A stretch of 64,000 nucleotides of DNA from an uncultured Pseudomonadota bacterium (GCA_963847705.1 CAWKBC010000032.1:384001-448000), one strand, 5' to 3'. Shown: positions 1-10,614, numbered from the stretch's first letter. Translations and numbers: made by a program. The notes: generated by a model from the sequence alone, not told the origin.

Positions 1-1185
1 CGCCAGTCCCCCCAGCGTCATGATGTTGATCGTCTCGCCGAGCGCGCTGAGCGCGATCAGCGACGATAGGATCGCCAGCGGGATCGAGACGGCGATGATG
101 ACGGTGCTCCGCCAGCTTCCCAGGAAGATCAGGATCATGACCGCCGTCAGGCAGGCGGCGATGATCGCCTCGCGCACGACCCCGTCGATCGACCCGCGCA
201 CGAACACCGATTGATCGGCCAGCGGGGTGATCTTGAGCGCCTGCGGCAGCTGCGGTCTGATCACCTCCAGCTTGTCGCGAATCCCCTGAACGATGTCGAG
301 CGTCGAGGCGTCGCCGGTCTTGATGACCGAGAGCAGCGAGGCCCGCTGCCCGTCGACGCGCACGATGTTGGTCTGAGGCGGGAAGCCATCGCGCACGTGG
401 GCCACGTCGCGGATGAAGACCATGGCGCCGCTGCTGCCCGAGGCCCGGATGGGGAGGCCGTTCAGCTCCTCGAGCTTGAGCGGCGCGCTGTTGGTCTCCA
501 CCTGGTATTCGAAGGGCCCGATCTTGGCGGTGCCCGAGGGGAGGATCAGGTTCTGCGCCGCGATGGTGTTGACCACGTCGGCCGGCGAGAGCCCCTTCGA
601 CTGCAGCGCCGGCAGATCGAGATCGACCTGCACCTGCCGCTGCTTGCCACCGTAGGGATAGGGGATGCCGGCGCCGTCGACGGTGACCAGCTGGGTCCGG
701 ATGTTGTTGAGACCGTAATCGTTGAGCTGCTGCTCCGACAGCCCCTGCCCGGAAAGGCCGAGCTGGATGATGGGGACGCTGGAGGCGCTGTACTGCAGGA
801 TGAGCGGCGGCGTGGTGCCGAGGGGAAGCTGCCGCAGCTGGGTCTGGGCGATGGCGGTGACCTGCGCGACGGCGGCGGCGATGTTGACCTTGGGCTGGAA
901 GAAGATCTTGACGACCGCGATGCCGTTCAGCGACTGCGACTCGATGTGCTCGATGTTGTTGACGGTGGTGGTCAGCGACCGCTCGGAGAGCACGACGATC
1001 CGGTTGGCCATCTGCTCGGGCGAGAGGCCGGTGTACTGCCAGACCATCGCCACCACCGGGATGTTGATGTTCGGGAAGATGTCGGTCGGCGTGGTGAGCG
1101 CGACCAGCGGTCCCAGGATCAGCAGAACCAGCGCGAGGACTGCGAAGGTGTATGGGCGACGGAGCGCGAGGCGGACTATCCACAT
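1..1185 (-). CDS. RND efflux transporter permease subunit (AcrB/NolG-like), N-terminal part; runs off window
   Basis: Manual minus-strand translation from ATG at 1185: MWIVRLALRRPYTFAVLALVLLILGPLVALTTPTDIFPNINIPVV..., a typical RND permease N-terminus; not in the ORF track because the stop lies outside the window. Confidence 0.93.
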   Translation of the reverse strand, partial: MWIVRLALRRPYTFAVLALVLLILGPLVALTTPTDIFPNINIPVVAMVWQYTGLSPEQMANRIVVLSERSLTTTVNNIEHIESQSLNGIAVVKIFFQPKVNIAAAVAQVTAIAQTQLRQLPLGTTPPLILQYSASSVPIIQLGLSGQGLSEQQLNDYGLNNIRTQLVTVDGAGIPYPYGGKQRQVQVDLDLPALQSKGLSPADVVNTIAAQNLILPSGTAKIGPFEYQVETNSAPLKLEELNGLPIRASGSSGAMVFIRDVAHVRDGFPPQTNIVRVDGQRASLLSVIKTGDASTLDIVQGIRDKLEVIRPQLPQALKITPLADQSVFVRGSIDGVVREAIIAACLTAVMILIFLGSWRSTVIIAVSIPLAILSSLIALSALGETINIMTLGGLA

Positions 1186-1382
1186 TGTCTAGAATTCAAA
1201 CAGCTGATGGTTTTTGTGACAGGTCGAGAAAGCACGGGCGGGACCGGCCTTGAAGAGATGCCGCAGCTCACTCGACGATTCGTGATTTTCGGGGTAGTCC
1301 GTAGGCCCTGTGCAACAACGGCGCCGGCCTGGCCGCAGCTCGGAGGCTGGGGCTCAGGGTCCTGGCGGCCATCCGATTGCCT

Positions 1383-2177
1383 TCAGGCGATGGACCGAAC
1401 GACACCACCGTCCACCCGAAGCGACGCGCCGGTGGTCGCGCTGGCGGCCACGCTCGACACATAGACGATCATGCTGGCGACTTCGTCGGGATCGGCGAAC
1501 CGACCGAGCAACGAGGTCGGCCGAGCGCTGGCGAAGAAGCCCCGCTCGACCTCCGCCTCGGTCACCGACTGTTGCGCGGCGAGCGAGCGCACGAAGGTCG
1601 CCACCCCCTCGGAGCGCGTCGGGCCGGGAAGGACGCTGTTGACGGTCACCCCCGTGCCGCGCGTCCGCTCCGCCAGACCCCGGGCGACCGCCAGCTGAGC
1701 CGTCTTGGTCATGCCGTAGTGGATCATCTCGACCGGGATCTGCAGGGCCGACTCGCTGGAGACGAACAGGATGCGGCCCCAGTTCCGGGCCAGCATGCCG
1801 GCCAGATAGTGCCGAGAGAGACGAACGCCGCTCATCACGTTGGTCTCGAAGAAGCGCATCCACTCCTCGTCCTCGATCGCCTCGAACGGCTTGGGGTCGA
1901 AGATGCCGGCATTGTTGACCAGCACGTCGACCGAGGCGACGGCCTCGGTCAGCTGGCGGACGCCGCTCGCGGACGAGACGTCGGCCACCACGCCGCGAAC
2001 GGAGGTGCCGTCGACTTCCCGGCGTATCGCCTCCACGGCGGCGTCGACTCTCCGCTGGCTTCGCCCGTTGATGATGAGGGAGGCCCCCTCCATCGCGAAG
2101 CGGCGGGCCGAAGCGAAGCCGATTCCTGCCGTCGAGCCAGTGACGAGAACGGTCTTTCCACGCAGGCCGAGATCCAT
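1383..2177 (-). CDS. SDR family NAD(P)-dependent oxidoreductase
   Basis: TGSTAGIG, NNAG and YGMTK (YxxxK) motifs. Confidence 0.95.
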   Translation of the reverse strand: MDLGLRGKTVLVTGSTAGIGFASARRFAMEGASLIINGRSQRRVDAAVEAIRREVDGTSVRGVVADVSSASGVRQLTEAVASVDVLVNNAGIFDPKPFEAIEDEEWMRFFETNVMSGVRLSRHYLAGMLARNWGRILFVSSESALQIPVEMIHYGMTKTAQLAVARGLAERTRGTGVTVNSVLPGPTRSEGVATFVRSLAAQQSVTEAEVERGFFASARPTSLLGRFADPDEVASMIVYVSSVAASATTGASLRVDGGVVRSIA

Positions 2178-2284
2178 CCCCCTACCCTAGCAGGCGGGGC
2201 GGCGGGCGGAACCGAAGCTGGCGGCTCGGCGCCCCACCCACTTCCAGGAGAATCGACCGGGCCGGCCTCGTCGGCCCGCCAGGG

Positions 2285-4111
2285 TTAGCCGGTGCCGCCG
2301 GCGGCACCAGCGGTCTGCCGGCGCAGCTCGTCGCCGAACATCTGCTGGATCATGCGCGCGGTGGCGCCCTTGCCCCCGCTGGCGTGGGCGGCCAGCGCGT
2401 CGGCGAACTCGGCGGCCGACTGGAACCGCTCGGCCGGCTCGAAGGCCAGCGCCTTTTCCAGCACCGAGGCCGCGGGATCGGGCAGCTTGCGAATGCGCGT
2501 CAGATCGTCAGACGTGATCCCGTTGGCGGCGCGGTAGAGCACGTCGAGATCGTTCTCGCCGGTGTAGAGCAGCTCGCCGGCGAGACAGTAGTAAAGCACG
2601 TGCCCCAGCGAGAAGAGATCGCTGCGGTGGTCGACCATCTGTCCGCGCGCCTGCTCGGGGGACATGAAATTCGCGTTGCCCTTCACCATCCCGACCTGCG
2701 TCTTGCTGACCCGGCGGTTCGACTTCACGATCCCGAAGTCGGAGAGCTTCACCTCGCCCAGCAGCGACACCATGACGTTGCTGGCCGAGATGTCCCGGTG
2801 GACGATCCCCATCGGGGAGCCGACCTTGTCGCGTTGCTCGTGCGCGTAGGACAGCGCCTGAAGCGTCTCGTGCGCGATGTAGTAGGCCATCGCCTCCGGG
2901 AGGCCCGCGTCATGCTGCTCGATGTAACGGCCCACGAAGCGGGCCAGGTCGCGGCCGACGATGTACTCCTGGGTCATGAAGTACTCGCCCGCCACCACGC
3001 CGAAGTCGAACACCGGAACGATGTTCGAATGGACCAGCCCCGCCTGCATCCGCGCCTCGTCGATGAACTGCGAGACGGCCTCTTTCTCGCGGGCCAGCTC
3101 GGGGCGCAGGCGCTTGAGGACGAAGTTCCGCGTGAACCCCTCGGCGCCCGCGACCTCGGCGACGAACAGCTCCGACATCCCCCCCTCGCCCAGGCGATCG
3201 ACCAGCCTGTAACGCCCGAAGATCGCGCCCACGCCGACCGGTCCGGTCTGCCGGGCGACCGCCAGATTCGCCGCCGCTCCCTGCGGGCTGCGGATGCTGA
3301 CCGCCTTGCCGTCGGTGATGCGGCCCGGGCGGAGCTCGGGCGCGGTGACCAGCTCGGAAGCTGCCGGGAGCGCGCGCGGCCTGGCCGGCGTCCCGAACTT
3401 CGACGTCGGCTCATGCGGAATCTCCCCGACAACCACAGCGCCGGGGGCGCCCACGACGTCCGGGCTCCGTCGCCCCGAGACGACCAGCGCCGCGCCCCCC
3501 AGCGCGACGCCGAGCGCGAGCAGCCACCACCCGGGGTGCTCGGCGAAGCGCGCTCCGCCGGCGCCCGGGACGACCGCCGGCGCGACGGCAGCGGCGAGGG
3601 TCACCGGGCGGCCGAGCAACACCACCGCATCGAGCTCGGGGCTGCCGGGGAGGTGCGCCGCCGCCATCACGTAGCTCTGACCGCCGACGTCGACGATCGC
3701 CGAGGCGATCTGGCGCTTGCGGGCCTCCGCCACGACCTCCTCGTCGCTGCGCCCCACGTCGGGGCCGCGGCTGACGGTGGTCTTGTCGCCGACGCGCACG
3801 CGCACCACCGGAAACTCGCTCCGGTAGGGGCGCCACCAGTCCTCGTTCTCGAACAGATCGACCAGCGTCGGTCCATCGACGCGCGCCCGCAGCGCCGCCT
3901 CCAGCGGCTCGAGGCGGGCCGCCTCCCAGACGTCCTTCTCGGCGGACTTCTTCTCCGTCGCGCCGCGAGTGTCGGCCTCGCCGGTGGCGCTCCGGAGCAG
4001 CGCCGCCTGCACGCGCGCCTGATCGCCGAGAACAGAACGCACGCCGAGCACGCCCACGGCCGTCCCGGCGACGATGAGCGCGATCCCCAACAGCAGGCGT
4101 GTCTTCCGCAT
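2285..4111 (-). CDS. Membrane-anchored Hanks-type Ser/Thr protein kinase with extracytoplasmic N-terminal domain
   Basis: Two hydrophobic segments flank ~170 aa; kinase motifs LGEGGM, VLKR, HRDISASN, DFG, MSPE, DLFSLG. Confidence 0.93.
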   Translation of the reverse strand: MRKTRLLLGIALIVAGTAVGVLGVRSVLGDQARVQAALLRSATGEADTRGATEKKSAEKDVWEAARLEPLEAALRARVDGPTLVDLFENEDWWRPYRSEFPVVRVRVGDKTTVSRGPDVGRSDEEVVAEARKRQIASAIVDVGGQSYVMAAAHLPGSPELDAVVLLGRPVTLAAAVAPAVVPGAGGARFAEHPGWWLLALGVALGGAALVVSGRRSPDVVGAPGAVVVGEIPHEPTSKFGTPARPRALPAASELVTAPELRPGRITDGKAVSIRSPQGAAANLAVARQTGPVGVGAIFGRYRLVDRLGEGGMSELFVAEVAGAEGFTRNFVLKRLRPELAREKEAVSQFIDEARMQAGLVHSNIVPVFDFGVVAGEYFMTQEYIVGRDLARFVGRYIEQHDAGLPEAMAYYIAHETLQALSYAHEQRDKVGSPMGIVHRDISASNVMVSLLGEVKLSDFGIVKSNRRVSKTQVGMVKGNANFMSPEQARGQMVDHRSDLFSLGHVLYYCLAGELLYTGENDLDVLYRAANGITSDDLTRIRKLPDPAASVLEKALAFEPAERFQSAAEFADALAAHASGGKGATARMIQQMFGDELRRQTAGAAGGTG

Positions 4112-4138
4112 GGTTCTCCTCGACGTCAGCGACCCCGA

Positions 4139-5122
4139 CTAGTCACGGTACGAGCCATAGGCCTGGCCGAACTTGTTGGCGTGGGCCGAGGGGTCCTCGT
4201 GCTCCAGCGTGAACGAGACCTCGGTGGTGGGGCCGTTGACGGCGACCCTCTGCGACTCCACCTTCGTCTCGGGGCTCCAGGCCACCAGGCGCCGGACACC
4301 CGGGGGGACGTTCTCGATCCGGAACGTCCCGTCGGGGCGCACCTTGGCGTAGAGCACGCTCGGCACGACCAGGACCTTGGCCGACATCTTTTGATGAATG
4401 TTGCAGAAGATGTCGACCACGCCCGGACCGGTCACGGTGACCGAGCGCGCCTTGTCGCCGGCCTGGTAGGTGCCGAGATCGAAGCTGTTGCGCGGGGAGT
4501 TCGAAAAGACGTTGTGATAGACGGCGTCCATGTTGGGGAACATCAGGTTGGTCCCGGTCTGGACCACCGCCACGCGCGGGCTGAACTGCCGGCCCTCCTG
4601 CTTGATCTCCACCACCTTGTGGTGGGTGAGCGGCATCTTGACGTTTTCGACGTAGACGTACACGTCCTCCAGCGACCCGCCGGTCACGGTGACCCTGCCT
4701 TCGATCGATCCCGGCCGCCGATCGGCCGCCGCGGTGGCGGCCGGCGACTTCTTCGCCTGCTTCTCGGACGCCGCTTCGGCAGCGGGCTCGCTGGGCGCCG
4801 AAGCGGGCGCGGCCGCCACACCGGGCAGCGGCGTGCCGCCCCCCTGCCCTTGCAGCAACCGCAAGAGCATGTCGTAGCGCTGCTGCTCGGTCTGCATCAT
4901 CTGGATGATGAGCTGCCGCTGCTCGCGCACGTCGTTCTGCAGCTTGGCGAGCTCGGCGCGCGTCGGCGGTCCCTCCGGAGCCTTGGCGTCTTGCCCGTTC
5001 TGGGCCCAGGCCGGCGCCGCCAGCCGGGCGATCAGCAGCCCGCTCAGGATGCCGGTCCAGATTGGTCTCGACGTCTTCTCCATGGTGCGCCTCGCGATGG
5101 CTTCGTTTGTTTGGTCAGTCAA
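4139..5122 (-). CDS. Exported protein: coiled coil plus cupredoxin-like/carboxypeptidase-regulatory-like domains
   Basis: Signal peptide (APAWA), coiled coil, HNVFS and FCNIHQKM (His, Cys, His, Met); start may be the second Met (MEKTS). Confidence 0.8.
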   Translation of the reverse strand: MTDQTNEAIARRTMEKTSRPIWTGILSGLLIARLAAPAWAQNGQDAKAPEGPPTRAELAKLQNDVREQRQLIIQMMQTEQQRYDMLLRLLQGQGGGTPLPGVAAAPASAPSEPAAEAASEKQAKKSPAATAAADRRPGSIEGRVTVTGGSLEDVYVYVENVKMPLTHHKVVEIKQEGRQFSPRVAVVQTGTNLMFPNMDAVYHNVFSNSPRNSFDLGTYQAGDKARSVTVTGPGVVDIFCNIHQKMSAKVLVVPSVLYAKVRPDGTFRIENVPPGVRRLVAWSPETKVESQRVAVNGPTTEVSFTLEHEDPSAHANKFGQAYGSYRD

Positions 5123-6566
5123 TCAACACCAGCGACGATGTGAAGACGTCGTCCTTGATCTGCGGGACGCCCCCGTATTCACCGTTGTGGAGGTACTCGA
5201 GCTTGAGAATGATCCGATCGGTGAAGTTCACGTGGACGCCGCCCGTGGCCCGCCACCCCTTGGTCAGGTAAGCGCGGTCGGCGCCGCCGGGCGCGTTGGG
5301 GTCGCCCAGCCAGATGAAGGCGTCGCGATATTCGATTCGCCCGATGACGCCCAGGTGCGCCTGCAGATAGGCCGCCAGCTCGACATAGCCGCCACCGTGG
5401 AGCTGCAGGCCGTACACCTGGTTGACCGCGTCGCCCGGCGACGCCCCGCGCAGGTACTCGGCGCGAAGATCGGCGCGGCGCAGATGGAGCTGGTAGTCGA
5501 CGCCCCAGAACCACATCTTGCCGACGTCGTTGGGCGAGCGGTCCTGCGGCCCGTACGATCCCGAGGTCCCCAGCTCCATGTCGAGCGGGAATGGCGGGTG
5601 GAGCGAGAGCCGTCCGCTGACCGTCTTCCCCAGGTTGACGTCGGTCTCGTTGTAAAAGAAGAACTGCTCGGTGGTGAACGATCCGTTGGTGACCGCTCCC
5701 GCCAGCACCAGGAGATCGTCCGGACCGAACTTAGAGCGGACCTTGACGCCGATCGCGGTCCCGGTGGTGTAGCGCGCGATCAGCGAGGGGGTGATGCCAT
5801 ACCGCTGGTCCGACTTCCGCTCGCGGTACTCGATGCCCAGCACAGAGTCGAACTTGCCGACGAAGATCGACGTCCTCTGGGAGCGGGTGGGCATCCATTC
5901 CAGCTGCGCGAGGTCGACGTCAAAGACGTCTCCCAGGTTGAAGTTCGACCCGGTGCGCGGCGTGAAGTTGAGGCTGGCGGTGGCGATCGCGCTCTGCCCC
6001 AGACCGGAGGTCAGCTTCATGTTGATCTCGTTGACGATGAAACTGGGCGCTCCGCCGGAGTGGATGGCGTCGTTGCGCGGCACCGCGCCGGTGGCATCGC
6101 CCAGGTCGGCCGGCTCCCCGCGCGTGTTGATGGGGGTGGCCAGGATGTCGCCCAGGAACACCCAGCCGTACTTCCCCGCGTATTGCGGAAAGTAAACGTT
6201 CCCTTGATCGCGGACGATGCCGGACCCGTTCCCTTGCGTCGCGAAGAACCCGAGATCGATGTAGCCACCCAGAATGACCCGCGGCTGGCGGTTGGCGACC
6301 AGCGACTGCATCTGGTCGAGACGCGCTTCCAGCTCGGAGATCTTGGCGATGGGATCTTCGTGACCCTCGTCGTGCGTGTCGTCGGGCAGCACCAGGCTGG
6401 GCGCTTCATCCGCGGTGGCGGGCGCGGGCTCGGGCGCGGCCGTCGCCGGCTCGACCGACTCGACCGGCGCCGGCGCCTGGTCGTCGGGCGCCGCCTTCGC
6501 GCGACCAACGACCAGCAGAAGAACGCCCGCAACCAAAGGCGTGATCCGTCGCGATCGGGGCATCAT
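5115..6566 (-). CDS. Putative outer-membrane beta-barrel (porin-like) protein
   Basis: Signal peptide, short coiled coil, then amphipathic beta-strands rich in aromatic residues; overlaps the next gene by 8 bp. Confidence 0.65.
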   Translation of the reverse strand: MMPRSRRITPLVAGVLLLVVGRAKAAPDDQAPAPVESVEPATAAPEPAPATADEAPSLVLPDDTHDEGHEDPIAKISELEARLDQMQSLVANRQPRVILGGYIDLGFFATQGNGSGIVRDQGNVYFPQYAGKYGWVFLGDILATPINTRGEPADLGDATGAVPRNDAIHSGGAPSFIVNEINMKLTSGLGQSAIATASLNFTPRTGSNFNLGDVFDVDLAQLEWMPTRSQRTSIFVGKFDSVLGIEYRERKSDQRYGITPSLIARYTTGTAIGVKVRSKFGPDDLLVLAGAVTNGSFTTEQFFFYNETDVNLGKTVSGRLSLHPPFPLDMELGTSGSYGPQDRSPNDVGKMWFWGVDYQLHLRRADLRAEYLRGASPGDAVNQVYGLQLHGGGYVELAAYLQAHLGVIGRIEYRDAFIWLGDPNAPGGADRAYLTKGWRATGGVHVNFTDRIILKLEYLHNGEYGGVPQIKDDVFTSSLVLID

Positions 6567-6796
6567 TGAGAACCCATGACATCGGCTCGATCCACGAAGA
6601 CTGAAGGTTCCGTAACTGGCATTAACGCCTTGATTGGCAAAGACAAAACAGCGATCTCAGGACCCGTAATGCGGCGAACGCTTCGTAGCGTCGCCGCTGC
6701 GAACGTTTCATTCAGCGGGCAGCTCAATCGCAACAAACGACGACGCCGACCGCCAGCGCCATTGATCGCGGGCGGGCGTCGGCGTGCCCCCGAACT

Positions 6797-9235
6797 TCAG
6801 ATGCAGCCGAGGAAGGCCAGCAGCGCTTGCTGCGAGGCCGGATCGAGCGCGGCGTAGGCGGCGGCGGCGGCGGCAGCTTGACCGCCGTGCGCCGCGATGG
6901 CGTCGGCGATGCTGGTCGCGCGGCCGTCGTGCAGGAAGTGGACGCGCTCGGAGGCGCGCCACAGCGGTGCCGTTCGCCATTCGCTGCCGCTGGCGGAGCC
7001 GGCCACGAACCCATCGGCCAGCGCCGGCCCCATGTCGTGGACCAACAGATCCGAGTAGAGGTTGATCGTCCGTCCCGGGCCCGGCAATGAGGGCGTATGG
7101 CAGCCGGCGCAGCCGGTTGCCGCGAAGGTGGTCGCCCCCGCCGCGGAGGTGCAGCTGGCGTCGGGCACCGCGGGATCCAGCGAGGCAATGAAGGTGTCGA
7201 CGGTCTGCAGCGGCAGCGCGTCGATCTCCGGCTTCAAGAAGTTGGCGCCGCAGCCCGTGACCTCGTCGTCGGGGACCAATGGATTGGTCATCCCCATCTC
7301 GTGCGTGAAGGCGTCGCCCATGAACTCGATCAGGGTCGCGAACTGAGCCTTCCAGCCGAACTTGCCCGGCCGCCCGTCGGGCAGGACGTTCAGCGTGCCG
7401 CGCACCTCGGCCGGCTCGGCCGCCTGCGCCGTCAGGATGTCAGGCGTCTGCACGAAGTCGATGAGCGCCGTCCCGCGCAGGGTCATGGCGCTCCGCTTCG
7501 AGGTCAGGTTGGCCAGCGGGGGGACGCCGGTCGGCAAGCCGCAGAAGAACCCCAGGCCAGCGATCGAGTGGGTACGTGCCACCGGGCCGCCGTGACCGCT
7601 CAGATCGTCGAACACGCCGCCGTCGATCCGGCCGACGCGGGTGACGAAGGTGTCGGCCGTCGCGCCCATGCCGCCCTCGAGCGGGGCGTTGTGGCAGTCA
7701 CCGCAGGAGCGCCCGTTGAACAAGGGTCCGAGGCCCTGCAAGGGAAAGAGCTCGGTGGCGAACATGTCGGCGCCCATCGCCGAGGGGGTGGTGGCGCCCC
7801 CCTGGAGCGCGTGAATCACCATCGTCGGCGTCACGAACCCCGCGCCGAACGCCGGCATCTGCAGCACGACGCCGTTCCCGCCCGCCATCACGGCCGTCAC
7901 CCAGATCGTCTGCGCGTTCTCCGAGACGGCGATGCCGTTCACGCGAAAGGACGGCAGGGCGGCCTGGATGCGGCGCGCGGCCAGCACCTGGCCGGCCTGG
8001 TTGATGCGCACGATGCTGTTGTCGCCGCGGTTGAGGACGTAAATGTCCGAACCGCCGCCCAGCGTGGTGTTGCTGGCGAAGTTGTCGCTCGAGACCTCTC
8101 GCACCGCCGGGGCCATGTCGATCGGTCGATTGAACCAGGGGGAGCGGATGAACCGGGGCGCGCCCGCGATGAACAGCGTGCCGTCATCGCTGATGTCGAG
8201 CGCCACGATCTGGTTGGCCAGCGGATCGCTCACGTAGGCGATGCGGGTCGGCACCCAGTTGAAGACCATCCCGATACGGGTGACGACGTCGGGCGAGGTC
8301 GATTGCGTGGCGGCCACCGTCAGATTGGTGAGCGGATGAAACGTCCCGGCCGGCGCCAGCCCATCGACCCCCTTGAGGACATGGACCTGGACGATGCTGC
8401 CGTCAGCCTCGGCGGCCAGAAACACCGCCTTGCCGGTCCCGTCGGGCGACTTGCTGAGGATGGCGGTGCCGACGGCCCCGTGGTCGAGTCCCTCGGTCGA
8501 GGCGCTGCTGCGGTTGGTCGCGTCGCCCGAAAAGACGCCGCCCGCGACCGGATTGGGGGGACCTGCCAGCGGAGCGCCGCTGGGATCGTCGACGCTGATC
8601 GTCCCCGCTCCGTTCGCGCCGGTCGGGGCGTTGGCGATCCAGGGGCGGCCGTTGCCGCTGTTGATCGAGAGCCCGAGCGGCAGGCTCGACGACGGCAACG
8701 CGGCGGTCGCGGCGGTCGGATTGTTGACGCTGTTGAGGAAGGCGGCGTCCTGGTTGGCGTAGATCTGCGCCAGACCATCGGCGCTGGCCGCCTGTCCCCC
8801 GGCGGTCGCCAGATCGGGGGCCACCGTGACCAGACCGTGGTTGACGTCGAGCGAAAGGACGCCGCCCGGCGCCTCGGCCGGTCGCGAGAGCGTGGCGCCG
8901 AAGCTCGACGAGCTGGCGACGAGCAGGCGCGCGGGATCGAGGACCATCCCCGGCGCGATCGCGGGATTCAGCGTGGCCTTGTCATGAATCGGGCTTCCGC
9001 GGTGGAAGGTGCCGACCTGCGTGATGGCGCCCGCCCCGGGGATTCCCTGCGCCACCACCTGCGCGCGGATGGGCGTCATGAAGAAAGGATCGCGCAGCGC
9101 CAGGTCGCCGCTGTTGCTCTCCGTTTCGACGTTCGCTGCCGAATCGGGACCGGTGCTGCAGCCTGCCAACGCGATCGCCAAGACCAGGGCCTCGAGCCCG
9201 GAACGGGTTCTGACCGACCTTCGCGTGACGCGCAT
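6797..9235 (-). CDS. Lipoprotein with N-terminal beta-propeller-like region and C-terminal di-heme oxidoreductase (DHOR-like) domain
   Basis: AAGGAGG RBS before ATG 9235; lipobox LAGC; GLGPLFNGRSCGDCH, GKFGWKA, GCAGCH, YSDLLVHDMG, WRTAPLW, LHDGRA. Confidence 0.85.
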   Translation of the reverse strand: MRVTRRSVRTRSGLEALVLAIALAGCSTGPDSAANVETESNSGDLALRDPFFMTPIRAQVVAQGIPGAGAITQVGTFHRGSPIHDKATLNPAIAPGMVLDPARLLVASSSSFGATLSRPAEAPGGVLSLDVNHGLVTVAPDLATAGGQAASADGLAQIYANQDAAFLNSVNNPTAATAALPSSSLPLGLSINSGNGRPWIANAPTGANGAGTISVDDPSGAPLAGPPNPVAGGVFSGDATNRSSASTEGLDHGAVGTAILSKSPDGTGKAVFLAAEADGSIVQVHVLKGVDGLAPAGTFHPLTNLTVAATQSTSPDVVTRIGMVFNWVPTRIAYVSDPLANQIVALDISDDGTLFIAGAPRFIRSPWFNRPIDMAPAVREVSSDNFASNTTLGGGSDIYVLNRGDNSIVRINQAGQVLAARRIQAALPSFRVNGIAVSENAQTIWVTAVMAGGNGVVLQMPAFGAGFVTPTMVIHALQGGATTPSAMGADMFATELFPLQGLGPLFNGRSCGDCHNAPLEGGMGATADTFVTRVGRIDGGVFDDLSGHGGPVARTHSIAGLGFFCGLPTGVPPLANLTSKRSAMTLRGTALIDFVQTPDILTAQAAEPAEVRGTLNVLPDGRPGKFGWKAQFATLIEFMGDAFTHEMGMTNPLVPDDEVTGCGANFLKPEIDALPLQTVDTFIASLDPAVPDASCTSAAGATTFAATGCAGCHTPSLPGPGRTINLYSDLLVHDMGPALADGFVAGSASGSEWRTAPLWRASERVHFLHDGRATSIADAIAAHGGQAAAAAAAYAALDPASQQALLAFLGCI

Positions 9236-9285
9236 TGTGTCCTCCTTGATGGCAATGATTGAGTGTCGACGAACGAACGACGAGG

Positions 9286-10614
9286 TCATGGCCGCCGGTG
9301 CTCCCCGGTGGCCGAGGCGTGCCGGTGTGCGCCGCTGGCGGTCAGCGCCGAGGCGGTCGCCGGGACGAGAATCGGACCGCTGGCGGTCATCGCGCGATGT
9401 CGGCGCGACACCTCGGCGGAGATCACCATGAACGAGCGCGTCCGGCGCAGGAGCTGCCAGACGGCGAACGAACCACCCACGGACGCCACCGAGATCAAGG
9501 CCAGCTCGCCACGCGCCCCGCGGCTCGCCACGACCATCAACGCCAGGGTCAGACCGCTCATCGTCGCGCAAGCCGCCGCCCCCAGGACCACCGCCCGCAC
9601 GCCGGCGGAGAGCAGTCCCTTGAGCTCGAGATGAAGGCCGATGCCCGCCGAGACGGTCACCGTCGCGAAGGCGACCACCTGCCGATCGACCGCCAGCGTG
9701 GCGCGCCAGCCGACCGCCTGTCCGAACAGCCGATCGCCCGCGGCGCGCACCAGCGCCAGGATCAGGAACCCCACGACGAAGCCCGGAATGTGGCCCACCA
9801 CCGTGCGCCCGAGCCCGACGGAACGCTCCCCGCCCCTCGCCCGATCGGCGCGCCAGAGCGAAAACAGGATCAGCACCGGCGCCAGCATCAGGACCCGCGC
9901 CGACTTGCTGACGGCCGCCATCTCGGCGCCGCCAGTCCCCATCTGGGCGCCGACCGCGACGGCGCTGGCGAGATCATTCACCGCCAGTCCGCTCCAGATC
10001 CCCCCCTGGTGGGCGTCGAGACCGGCCGCCGCGGCGATGGCCCGGAACAGCACCAGGGCCACCGCGCTGTAGAGGAAGATCGTCGCCAGCGCGACCCCCT
10101 GCTCCTGCCGCCGCGCACCGATGACCGGCGCCACCGCGTTGATGGCCGAGGCTCCGCAGATCATCGTCCCCGACGCGATCAGGTTGGCCAGCCGCCGGGG
10201 GACGCGCAGGGGGATCGCCAGCGCGCGCGTGACGAAGAAGGTCGTCGGCAAGGCCGTCACCAGCCCCAGCGCGATCGCCATGAGCTGCCGCGACTCGAAG
10301 AGGCGCGCCTCGATCCGCAGCCCCATCAGCACCACCGACGCGCGCAGCACCACCTTGCCGACGAACGTCAGCCCCGCCCCGTAACGATTGCGGCCCCGAT
10401 CGTGCGCCGCCAACCCCAACCATTTCGAGAGGGGCGAATTGACGACGAGCGAGCCGACGATCAGCGCCACCAATACGTCGGGGAGCGCCCAGCGGGCCGG
10501 ACACAAGCGCTGCAACTCGAGCGCGGCTCCCCCCACGATGAGAGCCAACGCGGCGCCCGGTGCCACCGCACGGATGTGGGTGGACCACGCATGTTGCGCT
10601 GCGGGGCCGGTCAT
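9286..10614 (-). CDS. YeiH / putative sulfate exporter family membrane protein
   Basis: Polytopic; IASGTMICGASAINAV, GIWSGLAVND, KSARVLML motifs of the YeiH family. Confidence 0.85.
   Translation of the reverse strand: MTGPAAQHAWSTHIRAVAPGAALALIVGGAALELQRLCPARWALPDVLVALIVGSLVVNSPLSKWLGLAAHDRGRNRYGAGLTFVGKVVLRASVVLMGLRIEARLFESRQLMAIALGLVTALPTTFFVTRALAIPLRVPRRLANLIASGTMICGASAINAVAPVIGARRQEQGVALATIFLYSAVALVLFRAIAAAAGLDAHQGGIWSGLAVNDLASAVAVGAQMGTGGAEMAAVSKSARVLMLAPVLILFSLWRADRARGGERSVGLGRTVVGHIPGFVVGFLILALVRAAGDRLFGQAVGWRATLAVDRQVVAFATVTVSAGIGLHLELKGLLSAGVRAVVLGAAACATMSGLTLALMVVASRGARGELALISVASVGGSFAVWQLLRRTRSFMVISAEVSRRHRAMTASGPILVPATASALTASGAHRHASATGEHRRP

Noticed and set aside
211-1464. Long plus-strand ORF (417 aa) and similar long antisense ORFs (e.g. 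2384-5143, 22894-26097, 52271-54877)
   Set aside because: Shadow ORFs typical of high-GC DNA; the opposite strand carries recognisable protein families
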